A stretch of 61,474 bases of DNA from Coriobacteriia bacterium (GTDB lineage Bacteria > Actinomycetota > Coriobacteriia > Anaerosomatales > Kmv31): NCBI GenBank assembly GCA_014859305.1, contig JACUUM010000005.1:1-61474 (forward strand). The letters are read 5' to 3'. Position 1 is the first letter of the stretch; every line of letters begins with the position of its first letter. Positions 7,901 to 17,053 of the stretch are shown here, in pieces. A program made the position numbers and the translations under genes. The notes under the pieces are model-generated. The model ran no database searches and was not told the origin of the DNA. It worked only from the letters and a program-made list of their open reading frames with translations.

Positions 7901-8962
7901 CTACCTCCCGAAGACCCGCTTCGACTCTCGTTTCGCGGCGAGGAACTCGTCCCAGGTCCTTGCGAACGTGTGCGATCCGTCCTTGCCGGTGAGCACGTAA
8001 TAGATGTAGTCCGTGTCGGCAGGCTCGCAGGCCGCCTTTAGGCACTCGAGACCCGGGTTGCCGATGGCTCCCGGCGGCAGGCCGTCGTGACGGTATGTGT
8101 TGTACGGGCTGTCCGTCTCAAGGTCGCTGTTGCGCAGGCGGAAGCGGTTGCCGGGCAGGACGTACTCGATGGTGGCGTCGATCTCGAGGCGCATCCCCTT
8201 GCGCAGCCGGTTGTAGATGACCGACGAGACCAGCGCCCGCTCCTCGGCGACGCTCGTCTCGCGCTCGATCATCGAAGCCAGCGTCACGACATCGTGCAGG
8301 TTCATCCCTCTGCTCTCCGGGACGCGGAGGTCAAGCGACGCGGTCTCCTTGTCGAACTGCTCGAGCAGCATGCCGATCACGTCTTCGGCGCCGGCCCCCT
8401 GCGGCACGCGGTACGTCTTGGGGAACAGGTAGCCCTCCAGCGAGCCCTGGTAGGCGTCCGCGAGGTAGGGGTGACCGGCCTCGAACCGGCCGCCGCCGCC
8501 TTTGGCCAGCGCCAGGAACTCCGCCGCCGGTATCCCGCAGACCGTCTCGACCCGGGAGGCGACCTGCTCGACGGTGAAGCCCTCGGGCACGGCGAGCGTG
8601 ACGTGAACGACCGGCGGCCCGGAGCGCAGCCGCTCGATCACAGCGTCGTAGGACATCCCGGTGGTCAGCTCGTACACGCCGGCCCTGAGTCCGGAACCCG
8701 CTCCGGCACGCCGGACCTCGAGCCGGAAGCGCACGGCGCTGCGCACGACGCCTCGCTCCGCGAGCAGCTCGCCGATCTCGGCCGCGCCCGCTCCGGACGG
8801 GATCTCGACCTGAACCGGCTTGCCCGGCTCGACGCGGTGCTCGGACCGCTCCATGACGTACCACCATCCCACCGCGGCCGCCACCAGCGCGACGACCGCC
8901 GCGAGGCCGGCGACGCGCAGCAGTACTCCCGCGGCGCCCATGCGCGCTCTCACCCTAGGCAT
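7901..8962 (-). CDS. mltG: Endolytic murein transglycosylase MltG (YceG family)
   Basis: An N-terminal TM segment, the YceG pattern (EGYLFPKTY, ASMIERE, VIYNRL) and PGAIGNPG near the C-terminus. It sits in the conserved position after ruvX. Confidence 0.9.
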   Translation of the reverse strand: MPRVRARMGAAGVLLRVAGLAAVVALVAAAVGWWYVMERSEHRVEPGKPVQVEIPSGAGAAEIGELLAERGVVRSAVRFRLEVRRAGAGSGLRAGVYELTTGMSYDAVIERLRSGPPVVHVTLAVPEGFTVEQVASRVETVCGIPAAEFLALAKGGGGRFEAGHPYLADAYQGSLEGYLFPKTYRVPQGAGAEDVIGMLLEQFDKETASLDLRVPESRGMNLHDVVTLASMIERETSVAEERALVSSVIYNRLRKGMRLEIDATIEYVLPGNRFRLRNSDLETDSPYNTYRHDGLPPGAIGNPGLECLKAACEPADTDYIYYVLTGKDGSHTFARTWDEFLAAKRESKRVFGR

Positions 8963-9377
8963 CCTCGGCGTCCTTCATCGCGTCCAGCCAGCCTTGCAGC
9001 ACCAGCGCGGCGGCGACCATGTCCACCGAGCCGCGCGCGTCGCGCGCGCCCGCTCCGGCGTCGGCCATCGCCTTGCGCGCCTCGGCCGAGGAGAGCCGCT
9101 CGTCGCGATAGCGTACCGGGACGGGGAGCGCGGCGGAGAGCCTCTCCCCCGCTTCGCGGACGCGCCGGGCCTGAGGCCCCTCCTCGCCAGCCAGTGTGAG
9201 GGGCAACCCGATCAGCACGAGATCGGCGTCGTAGTCCTCCACGAGTCGCCGCAACGGCCGAGGATCGGCGACGACCGAGGCGTCGAGCACCTTCAGCGGG
9301 GTGGCGACGCGGCCCTCGGGGTCGGAGACGGCGACCCCGACCCGGCGCTCACCGATGTCAAGCGCCAGCACGCGCAC
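8955..9377 (-). CDS. ruvX: Holliday junction resolvase-like nuclease RuvX/YqgF
   Basis: MRVLALDIGERRVGVAVSD start and DERLSSAEA motif. It lies immediately downstream of alaS. Confidence 0.9.
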   Translation of the reverse strand: MRVLALDIGERRVGVAVSDPEGRVATPLKVLDASVVADPRPLRRLVEDYDADLVLIGLPLTLAGEEGPQARRVREAGERLSAALPVPVRYRDERLSSAEARKAMADAGAGARDARGSVDMVAAALVLQGWLDAMKDAEDA

Positions 9378-9383
9378 CCGCGC

Positions 9384-12008
9384 TCATCCCCCCCCGAGCG
9401 CTTCTCGCGCTATGCGGAGCGCCTCCTCGATCCCCGCGGGGTCCTTCCCGCCCGCCTGCGCCATCGCCGGCTTGCCGCCGCCTCCGCCCCCCACCGCCGG
9501 CGCCATCGCGCGGATCACCGCACCTGCGTCGAAGCCCGCGCCGACGGCGTCGTCGGACCCGGCGGCCAGCAGCAGCGCGCCGCCGTCGGACTCGGAGGCC
9601 AGCACGACCGCTCCTCCGCCGAGCCGGGCTCGGATCTGGTCGGAGAGGTCGCGCAGCTCCCTGGCGCCCGCGGCCGATACTCGGGCCACCACCACGGGGT
9701 AACCGGCGTCGAGCGCCCCTGCGGCCAACTCGTCGACCTCGCCGCTGGCCCCGCGGCGCTTCGCCTCCGTCAGCGCCGCTTCGGCCTCCTTGGCCCGGCG
9801 CAGGACGGCTTCCACCCGGTCGGCGACCTCCTGCGGCCGGCAACGCAACTCCTCGGCGGCACGGCGGAGCACGTCCTCCTCGGCGCGCATCGCCTCCAGC
9901 GCGTCGAAGCTCGTGACGGCCTCGATGCGGCGGGTGTTCGCGCCGATCGAGCTCTCGGAGACGATCTTGAGCAACCCGATCTCGGTCGTGGCGGCGACGT
10001 GAGTGCCGCCGCACAGCTCCTTGGAGAAGGAGCCTATCTCCAGCACCCGCACGAACTCCCCGTACTTCTCGCCGAAGAGCGCCGTCACGCCCGCCTCCTT
10101 CGCGGAGCGCAGCGAGGTCTCGTACGCGCGCACGGGGTGCGCCTCCATGATCTTGGCGTTCACGAGCCGCTCGACCTTGTCGAGCTGCTCGCGGGTGGGC
10201 GCCTCGAAGTGGGTGTAGTCGAAGCGCATCCTCTCCGGGCCCACGTGGGAGCCCGCCTGCCGGACGTGCTCGCCGAGCACCAGGCGCAGCGCCCAATGCA
10301 GCAGGTGGGTGGCGGTGTGGTTGCGCCTGATGCGCTCGCGGCGCAGCACGTCGATCCCGGCGTGCACGCGGTCGCCGACCGCCAGCTCGCCTTCGACCGC
10401 CTTGCCTACGTGCGCCGTCACCCCTTCCACGGGCAGACGGGCGTCTCCGACCTCGAAGCGCGAGCCCTCGCCGGCGAGGTATCCGCTGTCCCCCACCTGA
10501 CCGCCCTGCTCGCCGTAGAACGGCGTCACGTCGAGCACGACCTCGGCGGCGGTCCCCGCCCCGATACGCTCGACAGGGCGGCCTTCGGCCACGATGCCTA
10601 TCACCGTCGCTTCCGCCTCGTCGGCCTCGTACCCGACGAACTGCAGCGGTTCGGGCGCGGCCGCGGCTATGCCGGCGAAGACGCTGCCGAACCCGGTCCA
10701 GCCCTCGTCGCGCACGGCCGCCCTGCCGCGCTCGCGCTGCGCCGTCATCTCGGCGTCGAACGCCTCCATGTCGATCTGCAGGCCCGCCTCGGCGACGATC
10801 TCGGCGGTGAGCTCGACGGGGAAGCCGTACGTGTCGTGCAGGGCGAACGCCACGCGCCCGTCGAACGTCCAGCTCCCCGCCTCCTTGGCTCGGGCTATCG
10901 CGTCCTCCAGGAAGGCCATCCCCTGCCGCAGCGTGGAGCCGAACCGCGTCTCCTCGCTCTCGACGATCCGCGATATCAGCGCGTGCTGCTCCACGATCTC
11001 GGGGTACGCGTCGCCCATGAGCTCGACGACCTTGTCCGTCAGCCCGCCGAGGAACTCCTCCTCGACCCCCAGCAGCCGCCCATGGCGCACCGCCCTGCGC
11101 AGCAGGCGCCGGAGCACGTAGCCGCGTCCCTCGTTGGCGGGCAGCACCCCGTCGGCGATCAGGAACGTCACGGCGCGGGCGTGATCGGTGATGATGCGCA
11201 GCGAGACGTCAGAGCGCTCGCCCGCGCCGTAGGCCGTGCCCGACACGTCCTCGGCCACCCGCATCACCGCCCGCAGGACGTCGGTCTCGAAGTTCGAGGT
11301 GACGCCCTGCAGTATGGAGGCGAGCCGCTCCAGGCCCATGCCGGTGTCGATGTTCTTCTTGGGCAGCGGCTCCAGCGTGCCGTCCTCGGTGCGGTCGTAC
11401 TGCATGAACACGAGGTTCCAGTACTCGAGGAACCGGTCGCAGTCGCAGCCCGGCCCGCACGTGTCCAGCCCGCACCCGACCTCCTCACCCTGATCGTAGT
11501 AGAGCTCCGAGCATGGGCCGCAGGGCCCCGTCGGTCCGGCGGACCAGAAGTTGTCCTTGGCTCCCATGCGCACCACGCGCTCGGGAGGCACACCGACCTC
11601 CCGGACCCAGACCCCCTCGGCCTCGTCGTCCTCCTCGAAGATCGAGTACCACAGCCGCTCCGGGTCGAGCCCCAGCACGTCCACGCTGTACTCGTAGGCC
11701 CAGGCGCACGCCTCGCTCTTGAAGTAGTCGCCGAAGCTGAAGTTGCCGAGCATCTCGAAGAAGCTGTGGTGGCGCCCGGTGGTACCGATGATGTCGATGT
11801 CGGTGGTGCGCACGCACTTCTGCACGGTGGCGGCGCGGCCGAAACCCAGCTCGCGCAAGCCGAGGAAGACCGGCTTGAACTGCACCATGCCGGCGGTGGT
11901 CAGCAGCAGCGAAGCGTCGTCGGGCACGAGCGAGGAGCTCGGCAGCCGCCGCGCGCCCTTGCCCTCGAAGAAGCTCAGGAAGCTCTCACGGATGCGGGAG
12001 GAATCCAC
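9384..12008 (-). CDS. alaS: Alanine--tRNA ligase
   Basis: 874 aa with class II AlaRS motifs (FTTAGM-like LTTAGMVQFKP, FEMLGNFSFGDYFK), the editing-domain motif HTATHLLH and a C-terminal DHHA1-like GGGGGKP. Confidence 0.97.
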   Translation of the reverse strand: MDSSRIRESFLSFFEGKGARRLPSSSLVPDDASLLLTTAGMVQFKPVFLGLRELGFGRAATVQKCVRTTDIDIIGTTGRHHSFFEMLGNFSFGDYFKSEACAWAYEYSVDVLGLDPERLWYSIFEEDDEAEGVWVREVGVPPERVVRMGAKDNFWSAGPTGPCGPCSELYYDQGEEVGCGLDTCGPGCDCDRFLEYWNLVFMQYDRTEDGTLEPLPKKNIDTGMGLERLASILQGVTSNFETDVLRAVMRVAEDVSGTAYGAGERSDVSLRIITDHARAVTFLIADGVLPANEGRGYVLRRLLRRAVRHGRLLGVEEEFLGGLTDKVVELMGDAYPEIVEQHALISRIVESEETRFGSTLRQGMAFLEDAIARAKEAGSWTFDGRVAFALHDTYGFPVELTAEIVAEAGLQIDMEAFDAEMTAQRERGRAAVRDEGWTGFGSVFAGIAAAAPEPLQFVGYEADEAEATVIGIVAEGRPVERIGAGTAAEVVLDVTPFYGEQGGQVGDSGYLAGEGSRFEVGDARLPVEGVTAHVGKAVEGELAVGDRVHAGIDVLRRERIRRNHTATHLLHWALRLVLGEHVRQAGSHVGPERMRFDYTHFEAPTREQLDKVERLVNAKIMEAHPVRAYETSLRSAKEAGVTALFGEKYGEFVRVLEIGSFSKELCGGTHVAATTEIGLLKIVSESSIGANTRRIEAVTSFDALEAMRAEEDVLRRAAEELRCRPQEVADRVEAVLRRAKEAEAALTEAKRRGASGEVDELAAGALDAGYPVVVARVSAAGARELRDLSDQIRARLGGGAVVLASESDGGALLLAAGSDDAVGAGFDAGAVIRAMAPAVGGGGGGKPAMAQAGGKDPAGIEEALRIAREALGGG

Positions 12009-13303
12009 TACTCGCTCTCCTCGTCGGCGCTCGGCCCGTCCCGGCGGGTCTCGCTGTCGGCCTCCGCGCCGTGGATCGCGGGTCCGGCGTCGGGCCCGCC
12101 CCGAGACCCGGCGGACTCACCCTCGGGGCCGTCGACGGGGGGCGCCTCACCCCGCTCGCCGGCGCGGGACCTCCTGCCCTGACCGAAGATGGCGCCCCGT
12201 TCCGTGATGAGGGTCTCGCTCGTGTGCTTCTCGAAGTAGTAGACGAACAGCCCCTTGGCCACAGCCGCGACCGGGATGGCCAGCAGCAGGCCCACGAAGC
12301 CGAAGAGCGTCCCACCGACGAGCAAGGAGAATATCACGAGGACCGGATGGAGGTCGACCTGCTCGGACATTATGCGCGGGGCCAGGAAGGTGCTCTCCAG
12401 CTGCTGAACGACGAACACCACCACGACAGCCCAGAACAGCAGCCACGGCGACGCTCCCGCGGCGATCGCGAACCCGGACGAGATGGCGGCCAGCACGCCT
12501 CCGACGATCGGGCCGAAGTACGGGATGATGTTGAACACGCCGGCGACGATGCCTATCACGAGCGCGTACGGCACGCCGACGATCCACAGGCCGAGCGTGG
12601 TCAGCACCCCGACGATCGACGCGATGATGAGCTGCCCGCGGAGGTACCCGCCCAGGACGGTGATGACCCGGACGTACACCGTCTGTGCCTCGACTCGCCG
12701 CCGCTTCCCGAAGAGGTTGAGCAGCTCCTCGCGCATCGAGGGCAGGTCCCGCAGCAGGAAGAAGCCGACGACCAGGGCGAGCACGAGGTTGAACAGGAAG
12801 CCGACGGTCCCGCTGCCTGCGGCCAGCAGGAAGTTCGCCAGCGACGAGGACCACGCCACGAGCTGGTTCCCCACGGTACGGGTCGCGTTCTCCACGAACG
12901 GCTCGACCCAGTCGGGCATCGCGAGCGCCTGGTACCTGTCGAACAGCCCGCTCACGAACTCCTGGAGGGCGGTGTAGTAGGACGGCGCCTCGGCGGCGAA
13001 CTGGCTGAGCTGGGAGACCAGCGGCGGGAAGATCAGCGCGCCGAAGAGCGCCAGCACCGTGGCGCCGAGCAGGTAGCACACGGCCACCGCGACGACGCGG
13101 GGCATCCCCGACGCCTGCAGCCGGTTGACCGGAGCGCGCAGCACGAGCACGAACACGAACGCGATGACGAAGGGCGTGAGCGCGCCGGAGATGCGCCAGA
13201 CGAGCCAGAAGGCGGCGGACAGGATGAGACCGAGCCCGATGAGGGCCCACGTCGCGACCAACAGCCCGCGCCAACGGTCCTCGGCCGTCACCGGGAGCGC
13301 CAT
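12008..13303 (-). CDS. AI-2E family transporter (PerM/YhhT-like permease)
   Basis: About 8 TM segments with the typical AI-2E C-terminal half (NIIPYFGPIVG...LLAIP) and an acidic soluble tail. Confidence 0.85.
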   Translation of the reverse strand: MALPVTAEDRWRGLLVATWALIGLGLILSAAFWLVWRISGALTPFVIAFVFVLVLRAPVNRLQASGMPRVVAVAVCYLLGATVLALFGALIFPPLVSQLSQFAAEAPSYYTALQEFVSGLFDRYQALAMPDWVEPFVENATRTVGNQLVAWSSSLANFLLAAGSGTVGFLFNLVLALVVGFFLLRDLPSMREELLNLFGKRRRVEAQTVYVRVITVLGGYLRGQLIIASIVGVLTTLGLWIVGVPYALVIGIVAGVFNIIPYFGPIVGGVLAAISSGFAIAAGASPWLLFWAVVVVFVVQQLESTFLAPRIMSEQVDLHPVLVIFSLLVGGTLFGFVGLLLAIPVAAVAKGLFVYYFEKHTSETLITERGAIFGQGRRSRAGERGEAPPVDGPEGESAGSRGGPDAGPAIHGAEADSETRRDGPSADEESE

Positions 13304-13328
13304 CGAAGCTCCTTCCGCCCTCGTCGCC

Positions 13329-14111
13329 TCACGCCTCGTGCACGATGTTCTCTCGCAGCACCCGCAGCGTCCGGCGCAGAAGCCGTGAGACCTGCATCTG
13401 GGAGATGTCGAGCTGCTTCGCTATCTCGGTCTGGGTGAGGCCTTGGAAGAAACGCAGGTAGAGCACGCGCTGCTCCTGCGCGGTGAGGTCCTTGAGCGCT
13501 GCTGCGAGCGTCGTGCGGTCGTCCACCACCGCCATCAGGTGGTCGTCCTTGCCGATGTACTCCAGGATGCTGAACGAGTCGGCGCCGTCGGTGTTGCGGT
13601 CGCCCTCCAGCGAGACGAAATTGTACGCCTCGGACGTCTCGAGCGCCTCCAGGACCTCCTCGGAGCTGACCTCCAGATGCTCGGCGATCTCCTCGATCGT
13701 CGGGGAGCGCTGCTCACGCTGTGTGAGCTGGTCCATCGCCTGGTTCACGCGGAAGGACAGCTCCTGCAGCCGCCGCGGCACCTTGATCGCCCAGCCCTTG
13801 TCGCGGAAGTATCGCTTCAGCTCGCCGATGATCGTCGGCGTCGCGTACGTAGTGAACTCGACCTCGCGGTCGATGTCGAACCGGTCGATCGCCTTGATGA
13901 GCCCGATCGTGCCGACCTGCACCAGGTCCTCGATCGGCTCCCCGCGGTTGCGGAAGCGGCTGGCGAGGTACTTCACGAGGTTGAGGTACATCGTGATCAG
14001 CTCGTCGCGTGCGTCCTCGTCGCCATGCAGCCGGTACCGTCTGAACAGCTCCTTGGTATGCGCCTTGTCCCAGGAGAGCTTCCTGGACTGCTGACGGGCG
14101 CGTCTAGCCAC
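13329..14111 (-). CDS. Group 3 (SigB/SigF-like) RNA polymerase sigma factor
   Basis: Region 2 (DLVQVGTIGLIKAIDRFD, FTTYATPTIIGELKRYFRD), region 3 and region 4 (LTQTEIAKQLDISQMQVSRL). Confidence 0.9.
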   Translation of the reverse strand: MARRARQQSRKLSWDKAHTKELFRRYRLHGDEDARDELITMYLNLVKYLASRFRNRGEPIEDLVQVGTIGLIKAIDRFDIDREVEFTTYATPTIIGELKRYFRDKGWAIKVPRRLQELSFRVNQAMDQLTQREQRSPTIEEIAEHLEVSSEEVLEALETSEAYNFVSLEGDRNTDGADSFSILEYIGKDDHLMAVVDDRTTLAAALKDLTAQEQRVLYLRFFQGLTQTEIAKQLDISQMQVSRLLRRTLRVLRENIVHEA

Positions 14112-14499
14112 GTGACCCCTCCGTCCGGCCCGCTCGCTTCACCACCCGAACGTAGCTGCCCACCTCCTCCGCCAGCATCTCGAACTCGTCGGCCACCGAC
14201 TCGAGGATGAACGAGGCGTAGCGGGACCCCTCGCGGTCGTCGCCGTCTCCGGCGCCGGCCGGGATCGGGCCGACGAGCATCTCGAGCGCGTCCGATCCCA
14301 TCTCGAACGCTATGTCGACCGGGACCCCGGCCGAGGCGCGGTCGCAGGCGTACACGAAGGCCTCCTCGGCGGCGATGCGCATGTCGTCCACCTCGTCGAA
14401 GGTCATGCCGATCCTGCTCCCCAGGGCGGCGGCGGTCATGCGCACGGTCTTGGCGAACTCCCCCTTCGGGGGCACTGACAACACGACTCGATCCGACAT
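14104..14499 (-). CDS. RsbW/SpoIIAB-like anti-sigma factor (histidine-kinase-like fold), apparently ATPase-degenerate
   Basis: 131 aa, overlapping the sigma gene start by 8 nt. It begins with an RsbW-like layout (VLSVPPKGEFAKTVRMTAAAL...DDMRIAAEEAF), but the N-box Asn and the DxGxG boxes are not evident. The ATG at 14499 is preceded by GGTGGAGGG. Confidence 0.6.
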   Translation of the reverse strand: MSDRVVLSVPPKGEFAKTVRMTAAALGSRIGMTFDEVDDMRIAAEEAFVYACDRASAGVPVDIAFEMGSDALEMLVGPIPAGAGDGDDREGSRYASFILESVADEFEMLAEEVGSYVRVVKRAGRTEGSRG

Positions 14500-14540
14500 C
14501 CGATCCCTCCACCATCGCGCACGGACGTGTGCAGGACATG

Positions 14541-14546
14541 ATTCTA
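14541..14546 (-). promoter_or_regulatory. Candidate -10 box TAGAAT for the rsbW-like/sigma operon
   Basis: The minus strand reads CATGTAGAATCATG about 41 nt upstream of the ATG. It belongs to a recurrent GTAGAATC motif in this window. Confidence 0.35.
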
Positions 14547-14759
14547 CATGCTGTGGGAAGGGCTCGCGCCTCGTGCGTCCCGCCGGCCGATGAGGGATCC
14601 TGTCCTCCCCGCGGAGGCCGCACGGCGGGCGACGGGGCGGCTCCCGGCCGCGAGGCGCTCCTCCACGGACGCGCCGGCGCCGTCCGGCGCCGTCCCGTAG
14701 GTACCCAAGCGGCTCGACCGGCATAACGCCCGGCAGCCCCGGACGGGACGGTCGGAAGA

Positions 14760-14779
14760 GCTCGGGGCCGGCCCCGAGC
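14760..14779 (-). terminator. GC-rich hairpin (GCTCGGGGCC/GGCCCCGAGC) just downstream of the rarA stop
   Basis: A perfect 20-nt palindrome 4 nt after the stop codon, followed on the minus strand by TCTTCC. Confidence 0.5.
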
Positions 14780-14782
14780 GGC

Positions 14783-16129
14783 TCAGACCCCGCCGTCGTC
14801 GACGCGCCCGCCGCCAGGCGGAGCCGGCCGGCTCCCGCCGCCGGGCTCCTCGGCCCGCCGGGCCTCCCAGCCGCGTTCGCCGGACCGCCAGAAGCGCCGC
14901 CCCACGAGCCCGTCGGGCAGGTACTGCTGCTCGACGCGGGCATCCGGACAGTCGTGCGGGTAACGGTACGCGGGGTACCGGTCCGCTCCCGGGCGGTGAC
15001 GGTCGCGCAGGTGGTCCGGCACGGGCCTCGCGGGCCCCTCCCGCACCTCGGCGAGCGCCGAGTCTATCGCCACGATGGCCGCGTTGCTCTTGGGCGCCAG
15101 CGCGAGGTAGGCGGCGGCTTGAGCCAGGTTGATACGCGCCTCGGGCCAGCCGATGAACTCGGCCGCCTTCACCGCCGCATGGGCCACCAGCACCGCCCGC
15201 GGGTCCGCGTTGCCCACGTCCTCGGCGGCGAAGATCAGCATCCGGCGGGCGATGAACTTGGGGTCCTCGCCCCCGTGCACCATACGGGCGAGCCAGTACA
15301 CCGCCGCGTCGGGGTCGCTCCCGCGCATCGACTTGATGAAGGCGGAGACGACGTCGTAGTGGACGTCCCCGGTCTTGTCGTACGTGAGCGTACGGGTCGC
15401 GGTGGCCTCGGCCACCTCCTCGATCCCGACCTCCCGCGCGCCGTCCGCTCCCGCCGGGGCGATCGCCCCGGCGAGCTCCAGCGAGGTGAGCGCGATGCGG
15501 GCGTCCCCTCCCGCGGTCACGACCAGCCGTTCCACGGCCTCCGGCGTCGCGCGGACCGTCCCCGCGAGCCCCCGCTCGTCGGTGAGCGCGCGCAGCACGA
15601 TCGCGCGCACCTCGTCGTCGGACAAGGCGCGCAACTCGACGATCCGGGAGCGGCTGATCAGGGGGGAGTTCACCTCGAAGAACGGGTTCTCGGTGGTGGC
15701 GCCGACGAGCACGACGATGCCGTCCTCCACGGCATGCAGCAGCGCGTCTTGCTGGGAACGCGAGAAGCGGTGGATCTCGTCGATGAACAGGATCGTCCGC
15801 TGACCCGTCATCCCCAGCCGCTCGCGGGCCTCATCTATCGCGCGGCGCACGTCGGCCACGCCGGAGGAGACCGCGGTCAGTTCCGTGAAGCTCGCCCGGG
15901 TGGTCGCGGCGATGACCCGAGCGAGGCTCGTCTTGCCCGACCCGGGAGGTCCGTACAGGATGAGCGAGGTCAGGGTGTCGGACTCGATGGCGCTGCGGAG
16001 CCAGGTGCCGGGCCCCAGCACGTCGTCCTGCCCCACGAACTCGGCGAGCGAGGCGGGGCGCATGCGCACGGCCAGCGGCGCGTTGCGCCGCGCTGCTTCG
16101 TCCACTGCATCCGAGAAGAGGTCGTCCAT
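14783..16129 (-). CDS. rarA: Replication-associated recombination protein A (AAA+ ATPase RarA/MgsA)
   Basis: PLAVRMRP, Walker A GPPGSGKTS, Walker B LFIDEIHRF, GATTENP, and a MgsA C-terminal domain (HYDVVSAFIKSMRGSDPDAA, YLA.APKSNA). Confidence 0.92.
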   Translation of the reverse strand: MDDLFSDAVDEAARRNAPLAVRMRPASLAEFVGQDDVLGPGTWLRSAIESDTLTSLILYGPPGSGKTSLARVIAATTRASFTELTAVSSGVADVRRAIDEARERLGMTGQRTILFIDEIHRFSRSQQDALLHAVEDGIVVLVGATTENPFFEVNSPLISRSRIVELRALSDDEVRAIVLRALTDERGLAGTVRATPEAVERLVVTAGGDARIALTSLELAGAIAPAGADGAREVGIEEVAEATATRTLTYDKTGDVHYDVVSAFIKSMRGSDPDAAVYWLARMVHGGEDPKFIARRMLIFAAEDVGNADPRAVLVAHAAVKAAEFIGWPEARINLAQAAAYLALAPKSNAAIVAIDSALAEVREGPARPVPDHLRDRHRPGADRYPAYRYPHDCPDARVEQQYLPDGLVGRRFWRSGERGWEARRAEEPGGGSRPAPPGGGRVDDGGV

Positions 16130-16169
16130 GCCCGGGAGTTTACCCGAGGGACGCGGACGTACGAGCGGG

Positions 16170-16748
16170 TTACTGGGTGGCGCGCAGCACCTCGCGCTCG
16201 ATCACGCCGCGGTCCACGAAGCCGCGGTACCGCCAGGTGATGAGCCCCTGCCCGTCCACGACCACGATGTAGGGCGTGAAGCTGACCTCGACCGCGCGAG
16301 CCAGTGCGACCGCTTGAGCGTCCGTGTCGTCGTGCTTACCGTCGTCGAGGTCCTGCCCGACGTCGAAGGAGAGCTTGTCGATCGTGCCCCGGTACGACTT
16401 CATCACGGCGTCGATCTCGACCCGCTGATCGTCCGTGGTCTTCTGCGCCTTGTCGAAGAAGAACAGCAGCATCGGCTGCTCGGCCTCCAGCCTCTCCGTC
16501 ACGGCTTCGGGCACATCGGTGGCGATCATGGAACGGCCGTCGCCGGAGGGGAAGCGGGAGAAGAGCACGGCCTCCAGAGGCGTCCTGTCGATGAGGGCCT
16601 CCCCGGCCGGCGCGGAGGGAGGAGGAGCCGGAGCCGCCTGGTTCCCCGGTTCGGGCTGTTGAGCTTGCTCGGCGTCCCCGCCACCGCCACAGCCGGCGAG
16701 AGAGGCGGCGAACACTACCACGACGAGTGCTACGACGAGTCTGCGCAT
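16170..16748 (-). CDS. Lipoprotein with a thioredoxin-like fold and no CxxC motif
   Basis: Lipobox LAGC after a signal peptide (MRRLVVALVVVVFAASLAGCGG). The C-terminal pattern is thioredoxin-like (PMLLFFFD...TPYIVVVDGQG), but no redox cysteines are present. Confidence 0.6.
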   Translation of the reverse strand: MRRLVVALVVVVFAASLAGCGGGGDAEQAQQPEPGNQAAPAPPPSAPAGEALIDRTPLEAVLFSRFPSGDGRSMIATDVPEAVTERLEAEQPMLLFFFDKAQKTTDDQRVEIDAVMKSYRGTIDKLSFDVGQDLDDGKHDDTDAQAVALARAVEVSFTPYIVVVDGQGLITWRYRGFVDRGVIEREVLRATQ

Positions 16749-16914
16749 GGCTGCATCCTTAGCTACGTCTGCGTCTGAACCCCGCCTTGACGTGCTCCGG
16801 CCCGGGTGAACCTGCCCTCAGCAGGTGGGTGCCCGCACGCCGGTTTCTCGCTTCCCCCCAGAGGGGGGATTCCGTTCCGCCGGGCGATGTAGGGCTCCCG
16901 TTCACATCGCGTTG

Positions 16915-16920
16915 GTTCTA
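16915..16920 (-). promoter_or_regulatory. Candidate -10 box TAGAAC upstream of the lipoprotein gene
   Basis: The minus strand reads GCGGTAGAACCAAC about 165 nt upstream of the ATG at 16748. Confidence 0.3.
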
Positions 16921-17053
16921 CCGCGCATGGCCGAAGGCACGTGCAAGGCGAAGCTCATCCGCAAGTCTACCTTCTCCCCGTGAGGAGCGACAACCGGGAC
17001 GGCACGCCGCCGAGCGCCTGCCGGCCCGGGCGCCGTCGCCGCGGGACACCCCA

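Noticed and set aside
8820-12182. Very long plus-strand ORFs: 8820..12182 (1120 aa), 17225..20560 (1111 aa), 25885..30183 (1432 aa), 48072..51248 (1058 aa), and similar ones.
   Set aside because: They run antisense to genes with unmistakable motifs (alaS, aspS/hisS, recJ/secF, lgt/htpX/lemA). Their translations are Arg/Gly/Pro/Asp-rich and motif-free. Stop-free antisense frames are an expected artefact of very high GC content.
14547-14759. A ~210-nt gene-free gap upstream of the rsbW-like gene, examined for a degraded RsbV/STAS gene or a small ORF (14529..14726 plus).
   Set aside because: None of the frames I translated gives a STAS-like or otherwise protein-like sequence. The plus ORF has only moderate third-position GC and overlaps the predicted promoter. 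I treat the gap as intergenic (terminator plus promoter region).
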